Assembly (NCBI GenBank): GCA_052327205.1
Contig: CM126207.1
Span: forward strand, 248,620,001 to 248,684,000
Length of the DNA stretch: 64,000 nt
Origin: Somniosus microcephalus
Lineage: Eukaryota
Reading direction: 5' to 3'
This document shows positions 48,220 to 61,871 of this stretch, one piece after another (the first letter of the stretch is position 1; each line of letters begins with the position of its first letter). The position numbers and the translations under genes were made by a program. Below the pieces are notes generated by a model. It was given only the letters and a program-made list of their open reading frames with translations, made no database searches and was not told the origin of the DNA.

Positions 48220-51159
48220 TCCTTCATTCGAGGAGAGCCAGACTTTCTTTTCTCCTCCCCGCACACACCTTCGCCCCTCCTCTTAATTATACAATTTGAA
48301 AAACCGAAACTAGCTACCCAACTCAGAGGCCCTCATCAAACATGGAAAATCAATCTGTTTCAGCAGACAACCCTTCTCTTTGTTGGATATTGTAAACTGT
48401 AATGTTACGTGATGGAACACAAAAAAAAATCTTTGAATAAAAATGTAACTTTCCAGCAAAGTCAAACCTTCTGAGAAGAGGTGGTTGGTTCTGTTTGCAT
48501 TCTGACTGAGTACTAGGAAAACATTTTTACAGACTGATCAGTAAGAAACAGTAGCTAACTTTAGCATGTTGAGTCTTGTTGAATAATTTGTAGTGACACA
48601 GTCTCTCTAACTACACTGCAACTGGAGTAAGCATATTTACTATAATAAGTATTTAAAAACACTTTTTCTTGACCTCCTTCAAAGCTGTGATTAAAAGCAG
48701 CCAATGGCCATCTATTGGCAATTAAATCTACTTGACATGACATAGAGTCACAACATGCCCGATTTCAGACTGGACGGTGCAGTGTTTAAGCGGGTTGACT
48801 GGAAGTTTCTAAAGTGTAAATCTAAACTAAAGGTGCAAGTTTAAAAATAGAAATCTACTTTTTTCCCTTTGCTTCTCTATCTCTTGATGTGGAAGCATTA
48901 GTTATGAAAGTTGTCAATTAACTTTTACCTCCAATAAAGCAATCAACAAGACTCATGCCCTGATCCCAATCCATCTCTGACTGTGTTTGGGTTTAGACTT
49001 GACAAAAGGTGGCAACAATATTTCTGGAAAGATTCCTGGTCATTTTTGTTATCTTTACAGAATGCATCGCCTGTGAGAGTTAATGATGTAAGGAGTCACT
49101 GATAGAAAGACCTTCTGATTTAAAATGTATTTTTTTTTACTCTGCTGTGTTATGTCAATGTGTGGTCTTGTGTACTCAGGTGCTTCACTCAATACTTCAG
49201 TTTCTGACAAGACTCAAAAACAGTTTTCAAAAACAGGAGGTTAATAAGAGAACAAGTCCCCGTCAAGCAGCTGAGTCTAATTCAACTGACACTGATGAGA
49301 ATCAATGCTCCTTCGAATGCATTACTTGGCAGAAACAGGATTTTGTCCCCAAACCCAGCCAGTGAAAATGATGCCCTTCAAACATTAGTGAGAGGTGAAA
49401 ATAAAGAGAGACCAAATTCCAGTTTATTCTCTTTCATAGAGCAAATGGATTCTGTGCACTTTATACATTAATCAATCAATAACATGGACAGTGCATCAGG
49501 AACAAGGCAAAGTTATGAATGACCTTTTAAACAAAAGGACGCTCTAATGCTCATAAGACTGCTCATAGCTTGGCAACTTTCTGGCTTTTATTCACATGAT
49601 TAACCCTCAGAGGCATAGAGGCCTTGTTGCTGTAGTAAATAATATGACAAGCTTAGCAGTTATTTGTGCTGTTTGAAAACTATCAATAAGGAGCATTCCA
49701 TAGGAACTATTCTAATTGTGGTTTTTTTTTAATTATTAAGGTATTATCACAGGTTTATGAAACCACTGCCATACCAGTTAAGAGTAGAGCTAGTACAATT
49801 TGCTCAGTTTCTGAATCATGTGAGTGAGGCGTAACCCTGTTACAAAACTCAAACCTTCTTCCCAGCATTTCACTGACCCTATGCCATGGCTTCCACTGAC
49901 ATTTAACCCCAATCCCCTCAGCGGTGAGATTAGTAAATCAGGATAAAGACTGTGCACAGACCTTACACTCCATTAAACACAGGTCAGCCAGATTTACTGC
50001 GTTTCTATCCTGATGTAGCTCACTTCAACCCTGGACCACTGTCCTGAAACAGCTGCCTGTGATAACTGTCCTCGGCTCCCATCTGAGTTGATATCTAATT
50101 CATAATCAATCTGGGGAACATCACAATCTCAACTCTACCCTAGGCTGAGACTGGTAAAACATATCACTCATGGGACCATTAACAGCCATGGATGACAGGT
50201 ACCCTCCAAACTTTACAGGTAACTTGCACTATGAAAAGTCATGCCAACATCTGGCCATTTAGGGGCACTGGTCTCAAAATTTTCATTTTATTGACTTAAG
50301 CAAAAATAGACAGTTTTTCTCAAAATTGCACCTTTTGCTAATTTGCATGAAGATGTTGCATTGTTTGTGCAGAGATGATTACTATATTGCAGAACATAAG
50401 AATATACCAGAGGAAATAAAATCAATAATATCAGAGGCTAATATAGAATATAGCGTAAAAAAATCATTTAACTGCAGAGATGTCATCAGCTAAGTGAATA
50501 ACATAATTAAAACAGTATAGAATATAGTGCAAAAAACCTTTTAATAGATCTGAGTTTTCTTAAAAGCCCTTAAGCAAAGAGATTGGAAATGGTGCAAATA
50601 CATGACCCTGGGAGATTGATGCAAATCACTGTCCTCAGTCACATGAAAGCTAATGAAAGTGGGCCACTGTAATGAGATTCAAAGCCTCTCATATTATCCT
50701 TATGAAGGCAGACAAAAAAATGTGTAGAGCTATTACAGGAATATTTGAAAATATCTCCTTCCTCAAGAACAATTGGTGGACTTTCACTAAGAGTCATGAC
50801 ATTCAGTATCCTTCACCTCTGGTGAGCCAGGTATAAATCAGCATTGGGAAAACTGAAGGAAAATGTCAAAAGATGCAAGGATAAATTCAGCAAGTCTCCT
50901 CTTCTGGCATGGAGCCTTACTAGACAGGATCATTGACTGGAAATAAGGCTATAATACTAAGGCCCAATACTCCAATTTCTGCTTCCGTCTAGCAAGGCTC
51001 CACACCAGAAGGAGAGCCTCGCTGAATTTACTCAATTTTGGTCCTTTATGGCTATGGTTGCTCATGGATCCATATGTCTTTACTGGAAAATACAACCAAA
51101 ACAAACCCCCAACCTATCTGAATGAATATTAATTCAAAAAAGATCAGGTGATACGTCGG

Positions 51160-51500
51160 GTTAGTCTGGGATCTAGGCTCAAATCCAGCCCAAACAGATG
51201 GGATGAAAGTGTTCTATGTGAAATGAGTTTAGAAAGTCTCTATCTAATTCCTAGTGCACTAATTTGTGATCTCACTCAGAAAGGCCTCAGGATGGCTGGT
51301 GTGGAATAATGGAAAATTGTCATATTGGTGCATTAGGGCTTATTCTTCTAAGGCTGGGCTGAGGCTTTTGTCGGAGCAGAGTGGAAGAACCTTTACTCGG
51401 TGTCCAACCTGGGAGTTCTTGACGTGTACACTGGATACTGATATGGAAAACGTTCCTTTCCTCAGCACTATTGTCCCTCAGCTTGGTGAAAACAAAATTT
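51160..51500 (+). mobile_element. Old tRNA-headed SINE (LF-SINE-like)
   Basis: GGCTCAAATCCAGCCC, CTATGTGAAATGAGTT, TTCCTAGTGCACTAATT, CTCACTCAGAAAGGCC; same family as the split copy at 1490-3320. Confidence 0.65.
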
Positions 51501-51679
51501 GCATGCGAATCAAAAATCTTAAGTTAAATGATTCTCAGCAATGTGTTGCTAAATTGATTACAGCTTTCAAATAGATACTGAATAATTTACTAAACAAAAA
51601 GTTGCCTTCAACATAAAATGACTCAAGGCATATTACAGAGGGAGAGGAATAGATAAAAGAAATGGACGCTGCACCATGA

Positions 51680-53010
51680 GGTAAAGATTAGGAAGGATGA
51701 CTGAAAGCTTGGTCCGAAAGATTGGTTTTGATAAGATTTTTAAAAGGTGAAGGGAGAAGTAGCGAAGTAGAGAGGTAGAGGTCTGTAGGGAGGCAGTTAA
51801 GATGGTTGCAGGTTCTGGGCCTGCTGATGATGTTAAAAGGTAGCATGTGGATGGGGAAGATGAGGGGACCCAAGGACTTGAAAGGTGATGGTGCCAAGGT
51901 AGGAAGAGAAGCCTTTGCTGGAGATGTGTTGCTGCATTCAAATAGGTAGGAGTGGTACCATAAAAGCGCAGTTCCAAAAGCTGGCCAATACAGGAAAAGC
52001 AATAGAGGGTGGCATGGTCAACTGCATCAAACACTGCCGAGAGATCGAGGTGGAATAATGCACAATGGTCATAGTCAAGGAGGATATCAATCTTGACTTT
52101 AGCCAGGGCTGTCGGAACTGCAAGAAATGCAGAAGCCATACTGAAAAAAGACTTGCATTTATATAGCGCCTTTCACGACCACCGGACGTCTCAAAGCGTT
52201 TTACAGTACTTTTGAAGTGGAGTCACTGTTGTAATATGGAGAAATGCGACAGCCAATTTGCACACAGCAAGGTCCCACAAACAGCAATGTGATAATGACC
52301 AGATAATCTGTTTTTGTTATGTTGGTTGAGGGATAAATATTGGCCAGGACACTGGGGATAACTCCACTGCTCTTCTTTGAAATAGTGCCATGGGATCTTT
52401 TACGTCCACCTGAGAGAGCAGACGGGGCCTCGGTTTAATGTTTCATCCGAAAGACGGCACCTCCGACAGTGCAGCACTCCCTCAGCACTGCACTGGAGTG
52501 TCAGCCTTGCTTTATGTGCTCAAGTCCCTGGAGTGGGACTGGAACCCCCAACCTTCTGACTCAGAGGTGAGTGTGCTGCCCACTGAGCTACAGCTGACAC
52601 TGATTGGGGGGATTTGTACAGTGAGTTCTGGGAGAGAAAGACACAGAGCTAGGATTCAAACACATTTGAGGATGTTAGAAAGGAAAGGGAGGATTTAGAG
52701 CTATGGCGGTAGTTGGAGAAGACAAATGAGCTGAGTGGGTTTTTGAAGGGATAGGGACAGTGCCTGAGGAGAGGGAGCTAATATCAGCCAGCATGGGAGC
52801 CGGATAACTGAGTGGTAGGTAGTTAAATGGGGAGGACATCAAGAGAGCAGGGGATGGATCTTATTGAAGAGAAGAGCGAAGAGAGGAGGAAATGGGAGAG
52901 AAATGCAGTGGTAATGGATTGGGGATAAAATGGATTCGAGACTGGGTTGGGGAGAAAGGAGTTGGAGGAGGATGCAGCAGAGACAGCTGCATGGATAGTC
53001 TCAAACCATA
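51680..53010 (-). mobile_element. Decayed L2 LINE fragments (RT and 3' end), interrupted by a SINE
   Basis: Minus-strand ORFs show TALAKV..DIL...D....LDLSAVFDAVDH, GTALLWYHSYL, LGPLIF.IHMLP; purine-rich 52620-53010 matches the reverse complement of L2 59560-60040. Confidence 0.75.
52143..52580 (-). mobile_element. tRNA-headed Deu-domain SINE (best-preserved copy)
   Basis: Reverse complement: tRNA head (GCTCAGTGGGCAGCAC...GGTTCCAGTCCC), Deu block (GGAGTGCTGCACTGTCGGAGGTGCCGTCTTTCGGATGAAACATTAAACCGAGG), tail GAAAGGCGCTATATAAATGCAAGTCTTTT. Confidence 0.9.
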
Positions 53011-56000
53011 GAACCAAAGATGTACTATCTAAAAAGAATAGATAAGAGGAGGAAAATGGAATTAGTTTAGTGATAAAGCAGAAAAATAGGACTATGTAAA
53101 ATCAAGCTCCTGAGATGGATTTAAATTCAGTGCGGTTAAGAATGCCAAAAGGCCTCCTTCTGTCCTTAATTTCTATGTAACTGTGAAACCATGATCATCA
53201 AACTCTAGAAAAATGGGGAATGAAAAGATGAATGGAGACCCTTCTATTATTTATGTGCTGTTTAACCAAATGTTCCTGTGTTCTACCAACCAAATAAAAA
53301 AAACTGTTTTTAATGTTATCCAGCATTCTGCATATATAATCAGTTATGGCTGGAACACAGCTAAAGGGTGTTGTTTTTCTTCAGTGACATATAGCTACAT
53401 ATTTGAAGTTGCAATTTAAAAAAAAACCCATGAAAACAAATTATTATTTATTCAACACATGGATTAAGTACTTGATTTCTCTCAGTGGTAGTCTTGTGTT
53501 TCCAACACGAGACAATCCCACGTTTCATCTCAGCTTTGATGCTCCAGGCAGTGAGAATGTCAATGGGAATACACAGGAGGCAGGAGGTTAGGGTAAGTTT
53601 CCAAATAAATGAAAGATGCCCAGCACTGTTGTCATACGAAGCATTAAGAGTGTCCAAAAACAATTCTGGGGGTGGGGGGAGAAAAAGAGACAAAAGTGAA
53701 ACTGGAAATGTCTAGCCCATTTAAAAAAAAGATTATGAGAGGTTGGAACCAAATTATAATTATGCATACCTTTCTGCTGCCATGTAATGACATTTCATTA
53801 GTCACCCAAATTGCACAATGGGTGACCATCGTGCCATTACCATTTCATCTTTTATTTCAAAAATCTAAACTGTGAAGGGCAACTTTTTTTTAAAAAGACA
53901 AAGAATCAAATTGTATTTGCATTACATTACAATTTGCTTGCATCTAACTAACTAAAATACGTCCGTCTAAGGTAACCGATATAATAGTGAGATATTATTT
54001 AGCAAACCCACAGCTATAGCTGTTTAGAGGTGTTGGGAGGGGTGGGGGGGGCGGGGTAGAGAGCGCGATTGCTCAATACTATAAAAGCACCTCGCATTTT
54101 AAATCTTATTTTCCTGAACAAAATGCCTGGCAATAATTTTCTTTTACTCAAATCGATGACTAAATACACAAGCACACCATGATATTTCTCATCTCTTAGC
54201 TTTTAGTTATGCAGCCTTCTGCTAGTTATTTCTGCAACCGTGCTGCTCATAACAAAACAGCCGCTGCAGTATCACAACTTTGCACAATTGTTATGACTTA
54301 ATAGGATTTATTAAAAAATATATAGGAAAGGGCTTTCGACAAATCAGGGCTTGAGACAATAGAAAGGGGCAGAGATTGGTGAAGCGAGTGCAGATAGACA
54401 GCATTTTCCTCCTGGCTGACTTAGGAAGTGAAGTGTGAAGACTGAGTGGAACGGACAGGCCCTGCACTGTGATAACTGAAAGGGAAGAATCAGGTTAAGA
54501 GCAGAAATTAATGCTATTATGTGCTCACAATGGAAACTGCCAAATGACTGTGACCAAGAGGAAGAAAAAGAAAACAAGATGGCGTTTCTTGTCCATTAAG
54601 AACGGGCTCTAACTGTGTTTTTTTTTAACAAATGCAACTACCAACATGTTTATGGCAGCAAAAGAATTTTTGTGGTTTGGCTGGAAGATAATTCTGATTC
54701 GGTTTTGGGACCAAGCCCCAAAACTATGGACATCTGCAATGAGTCTCAGATCCACTGAACAAGTAATTTGATTTATACAAAATAGAATATTTTTAGCTAA
54801 AAAATCTTGTATCATGCTGTGATTGCAACTGGGAAAATAAATTCTATTTCACAATGTCTTTTTCTTTTTAAAAACAAAACAATTTGTCCAACTAAAAACT
54901 TCAAAAAATATATTTTTCAGAGGTACGGCTTCTCGTGGTGCCGCAGCGTCCACTGCTATTTCTGGAATAGGGTGAGGGATTTTTAAGTTGGCCCCTAGGA
55001 AGGACACTTAGCAGAAATGAACCAAATACTCAGCTGAAACTATTTGCCAGTCCTGGCAACAAAGGGCTGATTTGAATATCTGAATAGTTTACTGGTGGTA
55101 TTCAGCCATTTTAACACCTGAACTGAGCAAGAACACCAGCACACAGGGGGGAAAGGAGACATTTGACCCCACAGTGCAAGCTGGACACAATGCTAACCAT
55201 AAATCGGGTTCCTTGTACCCTCACTGCTACGGCTGGAGTTCTGTCTCACTGAGGTCAAGAGTCCAGCAGAAGAAAACAAAAATAAGCTTTCCACCACCCA
55301 GTGCACTGCGAAAATCTGCTTTTTGTTTATGCTCATTGTCACATCAGCTCTTAAACCAAAATAAAAAATCAGAAGCAGATGTGAACCGCTGCTGTCACAC
55401 CCATTAATAAGGATACAAAGATACAACTACAAACCATGATCACATGTAACAGCGCACATCAGAAAATAGGACACTGGACGATGTCAAGCCATACCATTGA
55501 AAAACAGGCACCGCATATCTGACAACTCTCTACAGAGCTTAAACTACCATTAAAACACACAAAACTGCTGAGCTACAGTACTGTAAAATTAAAAGATTAT
55601 TATTTCCAAAAGCCAAATATTTCATTCAACTGCATGGAGTATCAACATATACAGGCAATATGTGTGGTATTTAGCAAGCTTTAATAAAATGTAATTAAAC
55701 TAGCAATATCCTCTGTTACCATGATTAAATCCCACAATTACGTTTTTGAAACCCCTTTGAATATGAAAAGGCCTTTCCAGGTTTCAAAATGTATGCCCTT
55801 CTATCACAGAAAAGCTGCAGAAACACATAGCTGTGAGACCTCACTGGTGAACATCAATTGGTATTAGATAGAGTCCGCAAACATTTCTTAATTAGTAAAA
55901 TTTGTTTATGCATTTTAAAAAAAAAACACAAATCTGGTTGTCTTTTTCTTAGCATTCGTGCAGAAAAAATACTGCAGTCCTCAAAAGGTTAATGCGACAC

Positions 56001-58491
56001 TGGTGGAATTCAGCAACATGCCTGAAAATAAAGTAGCATTGAGACAGCTTCCTTTATTATTCTGGAATTATCAGTTACATTGCATCAGGGTTTTTTTTTA
56101 TTGTGTAGTGGGTGTGAGATTACTTGATTAAAGATTCATGGAATCATATTTTTCGTTGTTGCTAGGCTGCCTTATCAGTCAGCTACTTATTTATTTATTG
56201 CAAAATCAGGGTCAGTGGTGGCTGATGAGAAAAAAAAGGAAATTTGTGCATCACCTGACCTCATTGGTGCCATAAGTTATAGCTGGAGGTGCATTAACTG
56301 CTCTCTGCTTACAGAAATCAAAAAAATAAATTAGAAAAAGACCCCCAGAAAATGCCGTGCACCAATAACCAGTGCAGCTGCAGCCGATTTCAGTGGCATT
56401 ATATATATTTATATATAAAAAATAAATTTATTAAATGGGGGGGGGGTGAAATAAAAAATAAACATACCATTCAAAAAATGGCAAGCATGTATAACCATGT
56501 CTCAAATACCCACTGGCAGCCTTTATTGTACTGTAAAATGAAGGAAATATAAAAGCGACCCCGCACAGCTTACTCCCATCATTTCTGAAAGGTCACCGGG
56601 AGACGGCAGCGACCTTGAGCTTGCACCTTTGCCTGATTAGTGACTCAGTGGAGTGTGCCAATCTCTGGGGTCAGATAGAGAGAAATGAAAAATGGCCTGA
56701 AATAACCTTATTTTTATTCCGAGGCTTCATCACACAGCTGCTAAGAAGCTGGGATGTACATTCAGCTAGATATTTTGTGCTCCTTCAGGATGGTTTGTCA
56801 GGATTCTTGGTAGGCGTGCATATTCAAATAATGCAATATGATTGCACAGACAAAAAATTATGCCACCTCCTGACTTTAATCAATAACTGCAGGGGCCCAA
56901 ATATTTTTCTGCACGGTGGCCTCGGTATTATCCCGACCCTCAGGAACATTCCTGCTGCAAGTGCAAGGAAGAAAGGAAGCTGATTCAAAGCGTTAAAAAA
57001 AAAAAGAAAAATGGGCCACCGTTTACTTTGTAGTGCGCCTTTCTGATTTTTTTCATTTATTTTGAAAGAATTTATTTTCAAAAAACGTTCAGTGGTTGAA
57101 AATAAACTACTTATTCACTGCAACACGCATGGAATGAAATTCAATCGTGAAAGGTGCCTCTTTTCCTCTAGATTGCATAAACAGGATTGAAAAATATTGA
57201 GAAGCCAATTTACAGAATATTAGAACATACTACATTTACAAAATATTATCTGCATCACTACCCTTCCTAGTAAAGAGGTTTAAAATCCCTAATGGCCACT
57301 AAGTATCACATTGCTCTTAAAGGGACCTCTTTTTATTAGCCCTATAATTTATCTTACAATGCAATGGTAAACTGCCATTATACATTATTTTACAGTTAGG
57401 AATTATCATGCATGAGATGTGCACATCAGTCACTTGATGTACCATTTGCCAATCAGAAGCAAATGTGAGGAGCAATTCGGTGAATCTGCAATTTTAAAAA
57501 TCCTGATGTTGCCACCGACCTTTGCAATCTTCCTCGTGACTTACGGTTTTGCCAATCTGGCTTTGGAATTGATGGCAAATCCTGAAACCACCAATTCTTT
57601 GATCAACTCTGGGTGCAATTCATATCTGCAGGGCAACTTAAGACTCCGTCCGAGGAGGTAATTGTTGGAGTCAATCAACACAGTTCAGACCCTGAGGTAA
57701 TTGAAAGGGTATAGGACTGCGAAAGACCACGTTATCAACTCGGTCACTGTCAGACAGACCTCACCCAGTTTACTTCAACATGGTTGGTAAATTGTTGTGG
57801 ATATGCACTTCCCACACCAGAATACCAACAATTTTGTCAGGTCTCAGTACATGGGGGCTTCCTTTATTTCTCTCTCACAATCTTTTAGATTCTTTGATTA
57901 TCTCTTCAGGTCTTAAATCTCATGCCTCAGAAGGATGCATCATTCCCCTCCCACCACGGTTCAAGACTCGATGAAGCTTCCTCAATTGCTTAGATTGGTA
58001 TTAGAGACATTTTAAGTTATCCTTTCCTTTCTTGAAATCCCCTTCTCTTTGTCTCATTTCCATAAAGGCCCTATTGTTTAGAAATACTTTCTCCTTATCA
58101 ATTGAGGGCCCTCAATCAATCAGTGGGCTTAGGAATCTTCACACTTCCAGTTGGCACCTACTACTGGTCGAAAGCATCATTGTTCTGCAGCTGATTTCTT
58201 CCTCATCTTCTGTCTCGCCTCCTTCATGCTTGATGTCACTTCTGCCTGCGCTGGGCTGTCTATCAGTTCAGTCCTTCTAAAAGGAGCTTGAGTTTGGGAT
58301 CCGACTGGGACCAGAGTTCTATTTTACGTATCTGAACTACCTTACTACAGTTGATGCTTTATCCTTCTTGTTATATTGTAATGAAATTCTCTATCACAAA
58401 ACCTCTTTCTCCCACTTTATGTACACTTCTGTCTGATTGTAATGTTTTCCAATAGTTTAATTTGTGGTATATATAAAATCTGTATAAAATT

Positions 58492-61458
58492 GTCACTTGC
58501 GAACAAGGCCCTTGCCATCCATGAGCTTATTGTGGATGACCGCATCGACATCATGGCTCGGACAGAAACTTGGCTGACGGATGTTGACACCTTACCCTTA
58601 AATTAAGCCTCTCCACCTGGCTATACCTTCCACCACTTGCCCCGCTCAGACCGCCATGGTGGCGGTGTGGCTCTCATCACCAAATCACACCTTGGTCTGT
58701 CCCCCTACTCCTCTGGCACTTTCTTCTCCTCCTTTGAGCATCTCACCTGGTTCCATCCCTCTCACCTCTCATTTAAAATTATCGTTCTCTACCGCCCACC
58801 CAAGTACGATAAAACTTTTATCACTGAGATATCCTCACTGCTTTCCTCCCTCAGCCTCTGCACTGAGCAACTTCTCATCCTCGGTGACTTCAACCTCCAT
58901 CTCAATTCATCATGCTCTCTCTCCTCTGAGTTCACGACCTTCCTATCCTCCCTTACTCTCTCCCTTCATGTGAACTCCCCAACCCATATACACGGCCACC
59001 CCCTCAACCTTGCCATCTACTACTACTCGCTACTCCCACCATTTCAATCGCAGATAAAGTCACCACTGACCATTTCCTCATATCGCTCTCCACCCACATC
59101 CACCTTCCACCCCAACCCTACTTCCTTCTGTGTCTGCCCCTGGAAAAAACTCTCTCCCAACTCTCTTACTGCTGCACTTACGAAATCCCAACTGTCCAGC
59201 CTTTGGCCCTCCATTCACCACGACATTTCTGCAGCTACCCATCTGCTCAACCACACCCTCACCACCACCTTTTATCCCTAGTCCCTATTAAAACCATTAC
59301 TCTCTCTCACCCTGGCCATTCCCCCGATACGGCCCACATCTTCACTCGCTCAAGTCCAAGGGACGCAGACTTGAACGGATATGATGGACAACTGGGTTAG
59401 TCATTCACCGCCAGATGTGGCTGGAATACATAAAGCATTATCGGGTCCTAATCTTGTCTGCCAAAACTGCTCACTATTCCAGGATCATTCTGGAATGCAA
59501 AGATAACCCCCAGCTACTATTCTCCACTGCTAACTGTTTTCTTAAACCCCTCTCCCCTGTCTCCTCCACACTCACCTCCAACAACAAGTGCGAAGAGCTC
59601 ATGGACTTCTTTGTCTCGAAGATTGAGACCATCCGTTCAGCTGCCTCTGCCACTTCCCTTCCTTCCCCTCGCCCACCAGGCCAAACTTCCTCTAAGGTTC
59701 ACCCCTGCCCTAGCCCTGAACTCACATCTTTCTCCTGTTTCTCTCCGATCTCCCCTCATGACCTCTCCACGCTCATCCTGTCCATGAGACCCACCTCCTG
59801 CTCCCTCTACCCTATTCCCACGGAACCTGCTGACCACCCAACTTCCTTTTCTGGCTCCCATGTTAGCTGACATTGTTCTCTCTCTTCAGGTACTGTCCCA
59901 CTCTCCTTCAAATCTGCCATCATCACCCCTCTCCTCATAATAACAACCCTTGACCCCTCCATCCTTGCAAACTACCGCCCCATCTCCAACCTCCCTTTCC
60001 TCTCCAAAGTCCTTGAACATATTGTCGCCTCCAAAATCCATGCCCATCTTTCCCGTAACTCCATGTTTGAATCCCTCCAATCCTGTTTCCACCCTTGCCA
60101 TGGTACCGAAACGGCTCTCATCAAAGTCACAAATTACATCCTTTGTGACTGTGACAAAGATAAACTATCCCTCCTCGTCCTTCTCGACCTGTTTGCAGCC
60201 TTTGACATGGTTGACCACTCAATCCTCCAACACCGCGCCACCATTGTCCAGCTGGGTGGGACTGCACTCGCCTGGTTCCATTCTTATCTATCGAATCGTA
60301 ACCAGAAAATCACCTGCAACGGCTTCTCTTCCCACTCCCGCATCATTACCTCTGGTGTCCCCCAAGGATCTATTCTTGGACCCCTCCTATTTCTTATCTA
60401 CATGCTGCCTCTTGGCAACATCATCAGAAAACACAGCGTCAGTTTCCACATGTACGCCGACACCCAGCTCTACCTCACCACCACTTCTCTCGACCCCTCC
60501 ACGGTGTCTAAATTGTCAGACTGCTTGTCCGACAACTAGTACTGGATGAGCAGAAATTTGCTCCAATTAAATATTAGGAAGACCGAAGCCATTGTCTTCG
60601 GGCCCTGCCACAAACTCCGTTCCCTAGCCACCGACTCCATCCCTCTCCCTAGCCATTGTCTGAGGCTGAACCAGACCATTCGCAACTTTGGTGTCATATT
60701 TGACCCTGAAATGAGCTTCCAACCACATACCCGCAGCATAACCAAGACCGACTATTTCCACCTCCGTAACATTGCCCGACTCTGCCCTTGCCTCAGCTCA
60801 TCTGCTGCTGAAACCCTCATCCATGCCTTTGTTACCTCTAGACTTGAGAATTCCAACGCACTCCTGGCTGGCCTCCCACATTCCACCCTACGTAAACCTG
60901 AGGTCATCCAAAACTCGGCTGTCTGAGTCCTAACTCACACCAGGTCCCGTTCACCCATTATCTCTGTGCTCGCTGACCTACATTGGCTCCCGGTTAAGCA
61001 ACGCCTTGATTTCAAAACTCTCATCCTTGTTTTCAAATCCTTCCATGGCCTCACCCCTCCCTATCTCTGTAATCTCCGTCAGTCTCACAACCCCCCCCCC
61101 CCCACCCCAGAGATATCTGCGCTCCTCTAATTCTGCCCTCTTGAGCATCCCTGATTATAATCGCTCAACCATCGGTGGCCGTGCCTTCTGTTGCCTAGGC
61201 CCTAAGCTCTGGAACTCCCTCCCTAAACCTCTCCGCCTCTCTGGAACTCCCTCCCTAAACCTCTCCCTCTCTACCACTCTTTCCTCCTTTAAGGCGCTCC
61301 TTGAAGCCTACCTCTGTGATCAAGCTTTTGGTCACCTGCCCTAATTTCTTATGCAGCTCGGTGTCAATTTTTTTGTCTTCTAACACTCCTGTGAAGTGCC
61401 TTGGGACATTTTACTATGTTAAAGGTGCTATATAAGTACAAGTTGTTGCTGTTGTTGT
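58492..61458 (+). mobile_element. L2 LINE, near-complete ORF2 (APE endonuclease plus RT), disrupted, with 3' tail
   Basis: TETWL, RHGGGVALI, VLYRPP, ILGDFNLH, SPTHIHGHPLNL (EN); NYRPISNL, QSCFHPCHGTETALIKV, LLDLFAAFDMVDH, SGVPQGSILGPLLFLIYM, YADTQLY (RT; one Asp lost); LIHAFVTSRL; multiple frameshifts and stops; (TTG)n tail. Confidence 0.95.
61207..61270. repeat. ~31-bp tandem duplication inside the L2
   Basis: CTCTGGAACTCCCTCCCTAAACCTCTCC occurs twice in tandem. Confidence 0.85.
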
Positions 61459-61518
61459 ATACTTTGGGGGGGGGCTTTCTGTTCCAGAGCAATTGACACT
61501 GATGATAAAGAACATGTA

Positions 61519-61871
61519 CAGGAAACTTTGTGCTATCCGGCACCGACGGGACCGAGTTGTTGCCGTTCCCTCAAAACTGCCGGGCAAACCAGCGCTAATG
61601 TTGAAACATACGGAGATTTTGAGCTCCGTATCTGGCAACAAACCCTGTTGCTTAGCAACAAACCCTGTTGCTTAGCAACAGCTTCTAAACTGTCAGCCGT
61701 ACCTTGCAAGCGTCTCTGTAGCTTAGCAACAGCTTCAGCGAGACCTTGCAGAGCCTGACTGGTGAAAAAAAAGCAACAAAAAGAAAAAAAACCTAACGAA
61801 ACGGCTCCTGATTTTTGCCGGTGGCTCGAGCATTCCGGACAGTTAACCTCTGGATAAACCAAAGTTTCCTG
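61519..61871. mobile_element. Tc1/mariner-pogo-type MITE with TA TSD
   Basis: TA|CAGGAAACTTTGTGCTATCCGG ... CTGGATAAACCAAAGTTTCCTG|TA; 12-bp perfect and ~20-bp imperfect TIR; internal 20-bp tandem unit. Confidence 0.8.

Noticed and set aside
58492-61458. Active L2 element
   Set aside because: ORF2 is broken by several frameshifts and stops, YADD is reduced to YAD, and no ORF1 or 5' UTR is present.
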